Of a stretch of DNA of 64,000 nucleotides, positions 10,299 through 21,398 are shown one piece after another. Position 1 is the first letter of the stretch. Each line of letters starts with the position of its first letter. Source of the stretch: Candidatus Binatia bacterium (lineage in GTDB: Bacteria > Desulfobacterota > Binatia > Bin18); NCBI GenBank assembly GCA_963664395.2, contig OY761159.2, forward strand, positions 3,776,001 to 3,840,000. The letters are read 5' to 3'. Position numbers and translations under genes: made by a program. Under the pieces are notes generated by a model that did not search any database, had not been told where the DNA came from, and saw only the letters and a list, made by a program, of their open reading frames with translations.

Positions 10299-10476
10299 AT
10301 GCAACTCGAACTCGAAAATAAAGTTGTTCTCGTAACGGGAGGCAGCAAAGGAATAGGCCGGGCCGCTACGCTCGGTTTTCTCGCCGAAGGTGTTTCTGTC
10401 CTCCGCACGTGCGGCCTTTATCCACGGTGCCAATATCACCATAGACGGCGGAGCCAACCCTGGGCTGATGGGCTAA
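10299..10476 (+). pseudogene. SDR oxidoreductase with a large internal deletion
   Basis: N-terminal VLVTGGSKGIG fused out of frame to C-terminal FLSSARAAFIHGANITIDGG*. Confidence 0.75.
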
Positions 10477-10554
10477 GTGCGTGCTGCCTGGGTTGGAGGG
10501 GGCGGCCGCCTTTTTGTCTCCGGCCGTTAGGCGAGTGACAAAAGACGAGTGAGC

Positions 10555-11376
10555 ATGAGTCGTATTCCAACCAATCCGGAACTCCTCCGGCGGGTCTTGT
10601 CTGCATTCATTACAAACGAAGTCCATAAAGTCGGCCTGAAGCGGGTGGTTGTGGGTCTCTCAGGTGGGGTGGACTCTGCCTTAAGTGCGTATCTTGCGGC
10701 TGCGGCCCTAGGGCCCGACAATGTGCTGGCCGTGAAAATGCCGTACAAAACGTCGAGCAAAGAGAGTATCGAGCACGCCGACCTGGTGATTGCCGCAACC
10801 GGGATAGCGTCGATTACGGTTGATATTTCAGCCCAGGTAGACGCGTATTTCACCGCCTTCCCCGACGCCGATCATATGCGCCGCGGCAATAAAATGGCTC
10901 GTGAGCGCATGACGATTCTGTATGACCATTCCGCCCGCTGGAATGCGCTCGTGCTTGGCACAAGTAATAAAACAGAGCTACTCCTGGGCTACGGTACGCT
11001 CTTTGGCGATATGGCCTCAGCCATCAATCCCCTTGGCGATTTGTACAAGACGCAGGTCTGGGCCTTGTCCGATTGTGTGGGTGTACCTAAGCCCGTTGTG
11101 ACAAAACAGCCCTCCGCGGACCTGTGGGCCGGGCAGACCGATGAGCAAGAGCTGGGATTTTCCTATCAGCAGGTTGACGAGCTGTTGTATCTCCTGGTCG
11201 ATCTGCGCTACTCCCGTGAGGAATTGCTCGTCGAGGGGTTTCAGGCCGACTTCATTGACCAGATTTCTCGCCGGATCATGAACTCGCAGTATAAACGTCG
11301 CCTGCCGGTCATTGCCAAGGTCTCTCAGCGCACGATTGATCGTGATTTTCGATATGCCCGCGACTGGGGCCGGTGA
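10555..11376 (+). CDS. nadE: NH3-dependent NAD+ synthetase
   Basis: [34 protein letters not shown]. Confidence 0.95.
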   Translation: MSRIPTNPELLRRVLSAFITNEVHKVGLKRVVVGLSGGVDSALSAYLAAAALGPDNVLAVKMPYKTSSKESIEHADLVIAATGIASITVDISAQVDAYFTAFPDADHMRRGNKMARERMTILYDHSARWNALVLGTSNKTELLLGYGTLFGDMASAINPLGDLYKTQVWALSDCVGVPKPVVTKQPSADLWAGQTDEQELGFSYQQVDELLYLLVDLRYSREELLVEGFQADFIDQISRRIMNSQYKRRLPVIAKVSQRTIDRDFRYARDWGR

Positions 11377-11377
11377 C

Positions 11378-12232
11378 GTGGCCGGCACGCTCTACATCGT
11401 CGCCACACCCATAGGCAACCTGGAAGACATCACCCTGCGGGCGCTACGTATCCTCAAAACGGTTGACCTGATTGCCGCGGAAGACACGCGCCATACGCGC
11501 AAGCTGCTGACGCACTACGACATTGCGACTCGACTGACGAGCTATCACGATCATAGCGAATCAACCAAAGCCCCAGTGCTCGTAGAAACATTGCTGGCTG
11601 GTAAAAACATCGCTCTTGTCAGTGATGCGGGTACGCCCTGCATCTCCGACCCAGGCTATCGTTTGGTCAAAAGTGCAGCCGAGGCAGACATCCGGATTAT
11701 TCCGATCCCCGGCCCGTCCATGCTGACCGCGTTGATGAGCGTGGGTGGTTTGCCAACCGATCGTTTCGCTTTTGAAGGGTTTTTGCCGGCAAAGAAGGGG
11801 CAGCGCCAAAGAGCGTTACAGGGGCTCCGGCATGAGGAGCGGCTCCTCATTTTTTACGAGTCTCCGCACCGTCTCTTGAATACCCTGGCCGACCTTGAGC
11901 ATATTTTCGGAGACCGGCGCGTCGTCGTTGGTCGAGAGCTGACCAAGAAGTTCGAGGAAATCCTGCGCGGGCGCATCAGTGCGGTTTTCAGCGCGTTCCA
12001 CAACCGACCGGTCAAAGGTGAAGTCGCGCTCCTGGTCGAGGGCTGGGACGGTAAAGATGAGGGTGCTATGGAACAATCCGCAGCAGAATTGATGCAGCAG
12101 TTGTTGACGGAAGGGGTTGGCTTGAAAGAGGCCGCGCGCGCGGTGAGCGAGGTGTGCCAGATCCCCAAACGAGACGCCTATGCCCTGGGGGTAAAGATCA
12201 AAGCGGGCTCAAGGATTGATAATCACGGTTGA
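11378..12232 (+). CDS. rsmI: 16S rRNA C1402 2'-O-methyltransferase
   Basis: LYIVATPIGNLEDIT, AEDTR, SDAGTPCISDPG, YESPHR, RELTK. Confidence 0.95.
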   Translation: MAGTLYIVATPIGNLEDITLRALRILKTVDLIAAEDTRHTRKLLTHYDIATRLTSYHDHSESTKAPVLVETLLAGKNIALVSDAGTPCISDPGYRLVKSAAEADIRIIPIPGPSMLTALMSVGGLPTDRFAFEGFLPAKKGQRQRALQGLRHEERLLIFYESPHRLLNTLADLEHIFGDRRVVVGRELTKKFEEILRGRISAVFSAFHNRPVKGEVALLVEGWDGKDEGAMEQSAAELMQQLLTEGVGLKEAARAVSEVCQIPKRDAYALGVKIKAGSRIDNHG

Positions 12233-12381
12233 AAAGAGAAGGCCGACCGTCAAGCGGGAGGCTGAGTGGATGGACCGGTCGAAAATTGGTATGAAAAAAC
12301 CCAAGACCGTATGATGCCCAGCAGGGCGTTCCAACCCGGAAGACCGGGTAGGGGAGAAACAAAGCAGGAGGAGAAAATAGA

Positions 12382-13517
12382 ATGGCGCTCGACTATGACA
12401 ATATTATTGACGCGGACGGCCACATCCTTGAACCGGCGGACGCCTGGGAGCGGTATATCGATCCCGCCTATCGGGACCGGGCGCTCCGCATTCGGACGCT
12501 TGAGGGGCGGGAAATCCTGGAAATGAACGGCAAGCCGTCGCAATTTTTTGACGTGCGCGTCCTGACCGGTCTGGGCGGCATGGGCAAGGGGACCAAAGAA
12601 ATCGAACGGATGATGCAGCAATCCTATCCCAGGCAGCGCGCCCTTTGGGTCAATGGACCCCAAAGAGCGAGTAGCGCTCTTGGATCAAGAAGGCATTGCC
12701 AAGGCCATTCTATATCCCAGCTTGGGTCTGACCTGGGAGTGCGAGATTGATGACGTCGAGCTGTCCCTGGCGTATGCCAAGGCGTACAACCGCTGGATCT
12801 GTGATTTCTGTTCCGACTCGGACGGTCGCTTGATTGCTATTGCGCATATTTCGCTGGCCGACCCGGTAGCCGCCGCGACCGAGCTTGAACGATCCGTGCG
12901 CGAGGGAGCCAAAGGCGCTTTTATCGCACCCTATACGCTCACGCGTATCCCGCATGCCCATCCTGATCACGATGCCTTTTGGGCGAAGGCCCAAGAGCTT
13001 GAAGTGCCGGTCGCCATCCATCCTATGGCCGAACATCCCAAGATTCGGACCTATCAGCGTTTTGAAGGCATGAAGCACGCACGCTGGATGCAGAATGCGC
13101 TCGGCATGCAGGGGCCCCAGCAGGCGCTCTACGGCATGTTTCAATGGGGGCTGTTCGACCGTTTTCCCCAGATCAAGGTCATCCTGCTTGAGTCCGGTGC
13201 GGGTTGGATAGGGGCGGCGCTGGACCGGATGGATACGACGTATGAAACCAGCCTGGGCGATAATGTGCCGCTCAAGGAAAAACCCAGCGTCTATTTTAAG
13301 CGCCAGTGCTGGATTTCCGGCGATCCGGACGAGCGGGCGCTCGTCGCATATCATTGAGTATGTGGGCAACGATCGGTTCTTCTGGGCGACCGATTACCCC
13401 CACTTCGATCACCCTGGGAACTATATGGAAGAGTTGGAGGAGTTGGTCGCGCCGTTGTCAGAAACCGCGCGTAATAATCTGCTCGGGGACAGCGTCGCCC
13501 AGGTCTACGACATCTGA
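12382..13517 (+). CDS. Amidohydrolase family protein with two apparent frameshifts (~12630, ~13345)
   Basis: IIDADGHILEP, AYNRW, IHP, LESGAGW and WATDYPH distributed over three consecutive ORFs. Confidence 0.8.
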
Positions 13518-15001
13518 TCTGCCGGCTCTGTTCGGCTGGGACGCCGCGCCGCGGAGAACAGCGCGTCCGTATCCACGCTATTGGACAAAGTGGCGGCCAT
13601 GTCGTCCAGGGCCGTCTCGACCGTCAATTCGTACTGCAACAACGAGGCGGTATTGGCGCGGAGGCGTTCGAGCCACGCCTGACGATAGGCATCGTTGGCA
13701 AACAGCCCGTGCAGATACGTGCCCTCAATGAGGCCGTCTCGGCTGCGCGCGCCGTCCGTGCCCGCCCCGAGTTGAAACATTGGCCGTGCAAGGGCGCGCC
13801 CGTCTGATTGACCCGTGTGAATTTCGTAGCCGGTGACGGACGCGCCACTCAGGGTGCAGCGTCCGCGAACTGGGCGGACGGTTTTCTCACCGGCCATCGT
13901 TGTCTCAAGGTCAAGCAGCCCGAGGCCGTCTACCGATCCCGTCGGACCATCCACCCCCAACGGATCGTGGAGGCGGCGACCCAACATCTGGAACCCACCG
14001 CAGACACCCAACACACGCCCGCCGTTTCTCACGTGCGCAATGACATCATGCTCCCAGCCTTGAGCCCGCAGGAAGGCCAGGTCGCCCAGAGTTGATTTCG
14101 TGCCGAAGAGGATCACCACATCCACATCACGCGGAATCGGTTGACCGGGCGGGATAAAAGTGAAGTCAACATTCGGCTCCAAACGCAACGGGTCGGCGTC
14201 ATCAAAGTTGGCAATGCGAGACAATAGCGGGGCGGCAATTCGTATCCGTTTGGTGGACGCGGCGTGTACCGGCGGGAGTGACACGGCATCTTCTGCCGGC
14301 AGGCGGGCCGCGGAAGATGTCCAGGGAATCACGCCAAAGCACGGCCAGCCGGTGTGCTGCTCAATGACCGAGACGCCGGCTTTAAACAAGGCCGGGTCGC
14401 CCCGAAACTTATTGACCAGGACCCCGACAATCAGCGCACTATCCTCGGGGTCCAGCACGGTATGCGTACCGACCAGGGCCGCAATGACACCCCCGCGATC
14501 AATATCGCCGACGAGACAGACCGGAGTGCCGGCGCGGCGGGCGAAGCCCATGTTCGCAATGTCACCAGCCCTCAGGTTGACCTCGGCCGGGCTGCCGGCG
14601 CCTTCGACGATGATGAGATCGTGCGCGGCGACGAGACGCCCGAAGCTCTCCATAACGGCTGTCATTAAGTGGCCGCGTCCGGTCAGATAGTCCGCTGCGT
14701 CCAGCATCCCGACCGGCCGGCCGTGGACAACGACCTGTGCGCCCCGGTCGGTCTGTGGTTTTAAGAGCACTGGGTTGAAATCGGGGTGTGGGTCGAGACC
14801 GGCAGCGCGCGCCTGTACGGCTTGCGCCCGACCAATCTCTCCGCCGTTCGCACAGGCGGCCGCGTTGTTGGACATGTTTTGCGGCTTGAACGGTGCAACG
14901 CGCATGCCTCGCTGCTTGGCTATCCGACACAAGCCGGCGACAATGACCGACTTCCCGACGTTGGAGCCGGTTCCCTGGATCATGATAACCTGGGCGCTCA
15001 T
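13505..15001 (-). CDS. cobQ: Cobyric acid synthase
   Basis: MIQGTGSNVGKS, PFKPQNMSNN, EGAGSPAEVNL, GVCGGFQMLG, GYEIH, GTYLHGLF. Confidence 0.95.
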   Translation of the reverse strand: MSAQVIMIQGTGSNVGKSVIVAGLCRIAKQRGMRVAPFKPQNMSNNAAACANGGEIGRAQAVQARAAGLDPHPDFNPVLLKPQTDRGAQVVVHGRPVGMLDAADYLTGRGHLMTAVMESFGRLVAAHDLIIVEGAGSPAEVNLRAGDIANMGFARRAGTPVCLVGDIDRGGVIAALVGTHTVLDPEDSALIVGVLVNKFRGDPALFKAGVSVIEQHTGWPCFGVIPWTSSAARLPAEDAVSLPPVHAASTKRIRIAAPLLSRIANFDDADPLRLEPNVDFTFIPPGQPIPRDVDVVILFGTKSTLGDLAFLRAQGWEHDVIAHVRNGGRVLGVCGGFQMLGRRLHDPLGVDGPTGSVDGLGLLDLETTMAGEKTVRPVRGRCTLSGASVTGYEIHTGQSDGRALARPMFQLGAGTDGARSRDGLIEGTYLHGLFANDAYRQAWLERLRANTASLLQYELTVETALDDMAATLSNSVDTDALFSAARRPSRTEPADQMS

Positions 15002-15042
15002 ATTCTCTGAATACGTGGGCCGTTGCGGTGTCGCCTGATAAT

Positions 15043-15480
15043 TTATGCCGCGCAGGGCGACAGGTGCTCTACCGCGGCGCGTGCAACCGGGGCAAACACG
15101 GCGGCTATGGTGTCCATGAGTTGCGAGAGGGGAACCCACTGGCGTTGGCGGTCGGTTTCATATGAGTTCACTTCTCCGATTATCTGCGCCGCAAAAAATG
15201 AAAAGCGTTTGTGCGTGTTTTTCTGCTCCAGCTCAATCGTCTTCAGCAGCGGTCCGGTCCGCACCGTATAGCCGCTCTCTTCCATACACTCACGGGCCGC
15301 TGCTTGCTCCAGTGTCTCGCCCGGATCAACCGTTCCGACCGGGAAGATCCAAGAATCGTGACGCCGCCTGGCGGTAATGAGCAGTATTTGATACTCCCCG
15401 TCCGGCTCTCGACGATACGCAACAACACCGGCCTTTTGCCCTTCGACGCCGCTCAATTGAAAATGGTCTTCGTGAGTCAT
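15043..15480 (-). CDS. NUDIX hydrolase
   Basis: Nudix box GTVDPGETLEQAAARECMEESG. Confidence 0.85.
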   Translation of the reverse strand: MTHEDHFQLSGVEGQKAGVVAYRREPDGEYQILLITARRRHDSWIFPVGTVDPGETLEQAAARECMEESGYTVRTGPLLKTIELEQKNTHKRFSFFAAQIIGEVNSYETDRQRQWVPLSQLMDTIAAVFAPVARAAVEHLSPCAA

Positions 15481-15564
15481 GGGGAGCCATGATGCCGAGG
15501 ACGCCCGCAGGTTGCAAGGCGATATCTTATGTTGATGAGCGAATAAGGAAGAAGGAGGGAATCT

Positions 15565-16947
15565 GTGCACGGATTCGTTATTGCCGGTACGCAGAGTGGT
15601 GTGGGGAAAACCACGCTGACCCTCGGTTTGCTGGCCGCTTTACGAAAACGCGGCTTGTCCGTCCAGCCTTTCAAGATTGGTCCGGACTTTATTGACCCTG
15701 GGCACCACACTGCGGTCGCTGGAGTTCCGTCCAGAAACCTGGATGGCTGGATGTTGCCGCGTGCCTACAACACCGCCGTATTCAACCGCAGTCTGCACGG
15801 CCACGATGTTGGCGTTGTGGAAGGGATGATGGGCCTCTTTGATGGCTATGACGGCAAGAGTGAAGCCGGCAGTACGGCAGAAATGGCCAAGTGGCTGGGA
15901 CTGCCGGTTATCCTTGTGGTCGATGCCTCGGCTCTGGCCCGGAGTGTTGCCGCGCTGATATACGGTTTTCAACATTTCGACCCGGAGCTGAATGTTGCCG
16001 GCGTTCTCTTCAATAAAACAGGCGGGCCGGGCCATCTCCGATATCTCGAAGAAGCCGTATCGGACGTTCCCAATGTCACCATACTCGGCGGACTACCCTT
16101 GGACGAAGCCCTCACTCTGCCCGAACGCCATTTAGGGCTGGTCACCAAAGAAGAGCTGCAATTATCCTCTGAGCAGATCGATCACTTGGCCAGAGTTATA
16201 GAAGATCACCTCGACGTATCCTTACTCCTGAAACTGAGTGCCTTTCCCCAACCCCCAATCCCTAAGCCCCAACCCCGGCCCGGCAGGGCAGCGCTGCCGG
16301 GCTCTCCCGTTCGTTTTGGCATCGCCCGGGATGAAGCGTTCTGTTTCTACTATCCCGAGAATCTGGAACTCTTGGAACAATCAGGAGCGGAACTGGTCTT
16401 CTTCAGCCCGCTGCACGATACGCATCTCCCCCCGAACGTGCACGGTCTCTACCTGGGGGGTGGCTATCCTGAAGTCCACGCCGAGAAATTATCTGCCAAT
16501 ACAACTATGCGTCAGGAGATCAAAGACTTTATACAAGACGGTAAAACTGTGTATGCCGAGTGTGGCGGATTTATGTATTTGACCCAAGGCATTCGAGTTG
16601 TCGAAGGACGGCATTTTCCTATGGTTGGTGTGTATCCGACTGTGGTCCGCATGCTATCGCGTCTGAGTGCACTGGGGTATTCAGAGGTCGATGTGGAGTC
16701 AACCAATGGAATATTCCCATCCATGCGAGTGCGCGGTCACGAATTTCACTACTCGGAATTAGAGCAAGACATTCTTTATGACCCGATCGAGACGCTCTAT
16801 CAGGTCCACACGCGCGCGGCCGATATGCCTCGACCCGAAGGCTATCTGTACAAGCACTGCCTGGCGAGTTATGTGCACCTGCACTTTGGTAGTAATCCGA
16901 CGTTTGCACGCTGCCTTGTCTCCCTGGCTCGCAGCCGTTCCGCTTGA
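15565..16947 (+). CDS. cobB: Cobyrinate a,c-diamide synthase (CobB/CbiA)
   Basis: SGVGKTT, KIGPDFIDP, EGMMGLFDG, ERHLGL, DEAFCFYY, AECGGFMYL, GHEFHYS. Confidence 0.95.
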   Translation: MHGFVIAGTQSGVGKTTLTLGLLAALRKRGLSVQPFKIGPDFIDPGHHTAVAGVPSRNLDGWMLPRAYNTAVFNRSLHGHDVGVVEGMMGLFDGYDGKSEAGSTAEMAKWLGLPVILVVDASALARSVAALIYGFQHFDPELNVAGVLFNKTGGPGHLRYLEEAVSDVPNVTILGGLPLDEALTLPERHLGLVTKEELQLSSEQIDHLARVIEDHLDVSLLLKLSAFPQPPIPKPQPRPGRAALPGSPVRFGIARDEAFCFYYPENLELLEQSGAELVFFSPLHDTHLPPNVHGLYLGGGYPEVHAEKLSANTTMRQEIKDFIQDGKTVYAECGGFMYLTQGIRVVEGRHFPMVGVYPTVVRMLSRLSALGYSEVDVESTNGIFPSMRVRGHEFHYSELEQDILYDPIETLYQVHTRAADMPRPEGYLYKHCLASYVHLHFGSNPTFARCLVSLARSRSA

Positions 16948-16987
16948 CAAGGTAGCGGCCCTCCGATACTAGCAGACCCAAATTTTG

Positions 16988-17160
16988 CCTAAGGTGCCCA
17001 TACGGGGCGAAAAAGGGAAGTCGGTGCGAAGCCGGCGCGGTCCCGCCACTGTGATGGGGGAGCCTGTCTCGATTATGCCACTGCCATGCTGGTGGGAAGG
17101 CCGCTGACAGGCGTTGAGGTGCGAACCTCTGAACCCCTAAGCCAGGAAACCTGCCTGAAG
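16988..17160 (+). ncRNA. Cobalamin (AdoCbl) riboswitch
   Basis: AGGGAAgtcGGTG...CCCGCCACTGTG...GCCACTG...GGGAAGG...AGCCAGGAAACCTGCC (B12 box) upstream of a TonB-dependent receptor. Confidence 0.92.
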
Positions 17161-17321
17161 CCCTTAACCAGCCTCTCCGCGGAGGGAGAAAGGTTACAGC
17201 GTGTTATCTCTTTGGCTACGCGGGCTATTCCGACCCACTCCGGGCGGCTTTCAGCAGTCTCCAATACACGCCACGCCTGTTTCTCTTCTCTTCAAGCGGA
17301 AGGTTTCTCCGAGGAGGGGAG

Positions 17322-19310
17322 ATGGACAAGCTTTCGTATCATATCTGCGGCCTGACGGTCGCGTTGCTCGTCTGGACGGTGGGCGTCGCGCCCGCACAGA
17401 CGCCATCCGCCACACCGCAAGCCGAGTCGAACGGTGCCGACCGGCCCCTCAGGCTGGACACCATCATCGTCACGGCGTCCAAGCTGGAAGAATTGGTCTC
17501 GCAGACCGCGAATGCGGTGACGGTGCTGACGCAGGAAGAGATCGCGCAACGCCAGACTACCGACGTGTTCGAACAGTTGCGTGAGGTGCCGGGGATGACC
17601 TTCGTCTCGTCAGGCGGACGCGGCGGCGCTACGTCCCTCTTTACGCGTGGCGGCGAGTCCGACCACAACTTGATTTTGATAGACGGCGTGAAGGTTAATC
17701 AGGCGGGCGGGGCTTTCAACTTCAACGACCTGACGACCCTCGGCGTGGGCCGCATCGAGGTGGTACGCGGCCCGCAGAGCGCCCTGTATGGCTCTGACGC
17801 CATGAGTTCGGTCATTCAACTCCTGACGCTGCGTGGACAGGGACCGGCGCGCGCAACACTGGGCTTCCGGGCGGGCAACCCCGACACCTTCGAGGAACGC
17901 GCCGGTGTCTCGGGCGGGACGCGCCGGTACGGCTACAACCTTGCAATCGGACGGGTCGACAGCGAGGGCCTGCTGGCGATCAACAACGACTTCAGCAACA
18001 CGACCCTTGCGGCGCGATTCGACCTCGACCCCCACGACGCCCTGCAACTCACGACGACCGTCCGCTACATCGACAGCCGGTTTCATTTTCCGACCAACTC
18101 CGGCGACCTTATCGACCGGCGCAACAACGAGCTGGACCCGCGGGCGTACACCGACAGCCGCCGCCTGATCCTCGGACCGCGCGCCGTCTACCAGCCCGTC
18201 GCCTGGTGGCGACACAGCCTGCAACTCGGGCTGTTGTACGACTGGCAACTCTATCGTGACCCAAAAGACGAAGGTATCGATTTCGGGGCCTACGTCAGCA
18301 AGGACAGCCAATATCGCTTGTCCGCCGACTATTCCTCCGACTTTTTCCTGCCGGTCCTGTACGGCCTAGCGCCCGTCTTCACTCTCGGTGGCTCGGTCGA
18401 AAGTGAGCACTACGACCAGAAGACAACGTACGGCGGACTCGTCGTCAGCCGCAACGCGCAGTCGTTTTATTCCCAACTCCGCTTGGCGTGGCGTGACACG
18501 CTGTTCGTCACGTCCGGGTTCCGCGTGGACGACGCGTTTACGTACGGGACTCATGTAAACCCGCGCACCTCGGCAGCCTTTGTGGTGCCCGGCCTTAACA
18601 CCAAGCTGCGCGGTGGCTATAGCCAGGGCCTCAAAGCCGCCAGTTTTTACGAAAACTTCAGCAACTCCGCATTCTCCCGCGGCGATCCCAACCTGAAACC
18701 GGAAGAATCCAGGAGCTGGGAACTCGGCTTGGACCAGCCGCTCGATCTGGCCGGATTGGGCGCCGCGTTGAGTCTGACCTGGTTTTCCACCACGCATAAG
18801 AACCTGATTGCGTATGCCTTTACAGACGCGCCCGCACCGACCTTTCTCAACGTCCAGCGTACCCGCAGCCGAGGGCTCGAAGCCGGCGCCCGCACTTCAC
18901 TACCCTACGGCTTCTCGGTGCGCGGCTCGTACACGTATCTGGAGACCAAAGTCCTCGACGGCCCGGCAAACGGAGCGTACACACAAGGCGGGCCGTTGAT
19001 TCGGCGGCCCAAGCATGTCGGGTCGTTGACGCTGAACTACGCCGGTGCGCGTCTGAACGCCAACCTTCATTTGTATCTCAAAGGCAACGTCTCCGAGTAT
19101 AGTTTCGCCTCGGGCGGCAGCGTTCTGCACGATGGCTATGAGCGGGCGGACATAGCCGTGTCCTGGCTGCTGTTCGAGGACCGCTGGGGCATTCGTGCCC
19201 TGACCCTGGAGGGGAAGGTGAAGAATCTGTTTGACGCCAACTATCAGGAGGTCGTGAACTTCTCGTCTGCGGAGACGACGTTCCTGACCGGGTTCCGGGC
19301 GGAGTTCTGA
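17322..19310 (+). CDS. btuB: TonB-dependent corrinoid receptor (BtuB-like)
   Basis: TonB box DTIIVTA, RGGESDHNLILIDG, IEVVRGPQSALYGSDA, C-terminal Phe; riboswitch upstream. Confidence 0.85.
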   Translation: MDKLSYHICGLTVALLVWTVGVAPAQTPSATPQAESNGADRPLRLDTIIVTASKLEELVSQTANAVTVLTQEEIAQRQTTDVFEQLREVPGMTFVSSGGRGGATSLFTRGGESDHNLILIDGVKVNQAGGAFNFNDLTTLGVGRIEVVRGPQSALYGSDAMSSVIQLLTLRGQGPARATLGFRAGNPDTFEERAGVSGGTRRYGYNLAIGRVDSEGLLAINNDFSNTTLAARFDLDPHDALQLTTTVRYIDSRFHFPTNSGDLIDRRNNELDPRAYTDSRRLILGPRAVYQPVAWWRHSLQLGLLYDWQLYRDPKDEGIDFGAYVSKDSQYRLSADYSSDFFLPVLYGLAPVFTLGGSVESEHYDQKTTYGGLVVSRNAQSFYSQLRLAWRDTLFVTSGFRVDDAFTYGTHVNPRTSAAFVVPGLNTKLRGGYSQGLKAASFYENFSNSAFSRGDPNLKPEESRSWELGLDQPLDLAGLGAALSLTWFSTTHKNLIAYAFTDAPAPTFLNVQRTRSRGLEAGARTSLPYGFSVRGSYTYLETKVLDGPANGAYTQGGPLIRRPKHVGSLTLNYAGARLNANLHLYLKGNVSEYSFASGGSVLHDGYERADIAVSWLLFEDRWGIRALTLEGKVKNLFDANYQEVVNFSSAETTFLTGFRAEF

Positions 19311-19336
19311 AGGGAATTTGGGAATAAGGGGCCGCT

Positions 19337-19364
19337 GTAGGGGCCATTCCTGCATTGCCCCTAC
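19337..19364. repeat. GTAG-type REP-like palindrome
   Basis: GTAGGGGCCATTCCTGCATTGCCCCTAC. Confidence 0.7.
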
Positions 19365-19380
19365 GATTCGAGATGTACAT

Positions 19381-20322
19381 ATGATGTTCACACGTTTGGC
19401 AATCGGAGGAATTATTACCGCTCTGCTCAGCCTCTTGGTCTACCGTCCCCACACGCTGTATGGCGCGCTTGCTCCGCCCACCTTCCCTCCCCAACGTATC
19501 GTCTCTCTCTCTCTTACGGCAGATGAGATATTGCTCGCTTTGCTCCCGCCGGAACGTATTGCCGCCCTGACACATCTGGCGGATAACGCGACCTATTCCA
19601 ATGTGGTCGCCGAGGCCCAGGCGGTGCCGCATAGAGTCCAAGCCAATGCTGAACAAGTGATTGCCCTACAGCCGGACTTAGTGGTGGTATCCGCCTCCGC
19701 GTATACCGGCGGGACGGCCAAATCTCTCCTCCGGCAAACCGGCATTCCGCTCTTCCCGCTCCAGTGGTATGAATCGCTCTCAGGCATCCAGCAGAGCATC
19801 CTAGAGATCGGACACGCCGTTGGAGAAGAACAGAAAGCCCGCGCGCTCGTCGCTGATATGAAGCAGCGTATCCGTACAGTCCGGAGCCGCGTGGCCGACG
19901 CCTACCACCCCCGCGTCCTCTATTTTGCGCCTGACAGCTTTACCGCAGGCAGGAAGACTAATATAGACGCAATGATGACGATCGCCGGCGGGCGGAACAT
20001 CGCGGCCATGGCGGGTATAGAGTATTTCCGAAAAATATCCCACGAAACCCTGGTGATGATGAATCCTGAGGTTATTCTGTTGAGCCACGATCCTCAGTCG
20101 GCTGCCCCACAAGAAGCCTATCAATGGCTCTACGCCAATCCCGCTCTCCAGGATGTTGCCGCAATTCAGCAGGAACGGGTGTACGCTGTTCCCCGACCGT
20201 ATCTGGATGTATTGTCGCACAACGTCATAAAAGGGGTAGAAGCGATCGCCCGGCTGTTGCATCCTGACGCTTTTTCGCAGGATAGCGCTGCTACTGGCGT
20301 CGCTGCGAATGGAGCCTCGTGA
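19381..20322 (+). CDS. btuF: Corrinoid ABC transporter substrate-binding protein (BtuF-like)
   Basis: PQRIVSLS..ADEIL, EQVIALQPDLV; operon context. Confidence 0.8.
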   Translation: MMFTRLAIGGIITALLSLLVYRPHTLYGALAPPTFPPQRIVSLSLTADEILLALLPPERIAALTHLADNATYSNVVAEAQAVPHRVQANAEQVIALQPDLVVVSASAYTGGTAKSLLRQTGIPLFPLQWYESLSGIQQSILEIGHAVGEEQKARALVADMKQRIRTVRSRVADAYHPRVLYFAPDSFTAGRKTNIDAMMTIAGGRNIAAMAGIEYFRKISHETLVMMNPEVILLSHDPQSAAPQEAYQWLYANPALQDVAAIQQERVYAVPRPYLDVLSHNVIKGVEAIARLLHPDAFSQDSAATGVAANGAS

Positions 20323-21398
20323 GTTCATCAACACAATCTTTGCCCCTTTCTCATGCGTCAGCCGCTGTCTGGAAAAAGAGCTGGCTGATCCCCTTCTTCG
20401 GCCTCGTGTTGTTCGCTTCGATAGCCGTTGCGACAGCCTTGGGTACGGTTGCTATTCCGCTTTCCACAACCACTCGTTTGCTGGCGCAAGGACTCCTGCA
20501 ACTTCCTGTTGAAGGCGATGAACGAGCGCTGGCCACGATTGTCTATTTACTCCGCCTCCCTAGAGTCCTGGCGGCTGCCCTGGTTGGCGCGAGCCTGGCC
20601 CTGGCCGGGACGATGATGCAAGGCTTGTTTCGCAATCCACTCGCCGATGCCGGCTTGATAGGCGTATCGAGCGGGGGGGCACTGGGCGGAGCACTGGCGA
20701 TTAGTTCCGGCTTCGCTGTTGGCTCGTCTTTTCTGCTGCCATGCGCAACCTTTGCTGGCGCGCTGCTGTCCGCGTTTGGGGTCTACCTGTTTGCCGCGCG
20801 TCAGGGCCGGACATCGCTCGCGAATCTGCTTCTGGTCGGTATCGCGGTCAATGCTATCTGGGGCTCACTCACAACGCTGATTCTCAGCTTAGCCAAGGAC
20901 TATGAGATTTCCAGACAAATCTTCTTTTGGCTCATGGGTGGTTTGGACGGGCGCGGCTGGGCACATGTCCAAATGGTGTTCCCCTTTGCTGCTATTGGTC
21001 TTCTGCCGGCTTTCTTTCTGAGCCGCGACCTGAACATCCTGTTGCTGGGCGAAGAAACGGCGCTGAGTCTGGGGCTCAACGTTGAATATGCCAAGCGTAT
21101 CCTCCTGGTTTTTGCGTCGCTGCTGGCTGGTGCTGCCGTTGCCATTGCGGGCACTATTAGTTTTGTGGGCCTCGTCATTCCCCATATGATGCGTCTTATT
21201 CTGGGGCCGAACCATCGTCTGCTACTCCCTGGGGCGGCCCTGGGAGGCGCGGCGTTTCTCGTCTGGTGCGATTTGTTTGCCCGAATGGTTATTCCCTCTG
21301 TAGAACTCCAGCTCGGCGTGATTACTGCTGTTGTCGGTGCCCCGCTCTTTTTACATCTCTTGCTTCGACAGGATAAAGCCCAGCGCAACCCAGCGTGA
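20319..21398 (+). CDS. btuC: FecCD/BtuC family permease
   Basis: RLPR, QGLFRNPLAD, GEETALSLG, FVGLVIPH. Confidence 0.85.
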   Translation: MSSSTQSLPLSHASAAVWKKSWLIPFFGLVLFASIAVATALGTVAIPLSTTTRLLAQGLLQLPVEGDERALATIVYLLRLPRVLAAALVGASLALAGTMMQGLFRNPLADAGLIGVSSGGALGGALAISSGFAVGSSFLLPCATFAGALLSAFGVYLFAARQGRTSLANLLLVGIAVNAIWGSLTTLILSLAKDYEISRQIFFWLMGGLDGRGWAHVQMVFPFAAIGLLPAFFLSRDLNILLLGEETALSLGLNVEYAKRILLVFASLLAGAAVAIAGTISFVGLVIPHMMRLILGPNHRLLLPGAALGGAAFLVWCDLFARMVIPSVELQLGVITAVVGAPLFLHLLLRQDKAQRNPA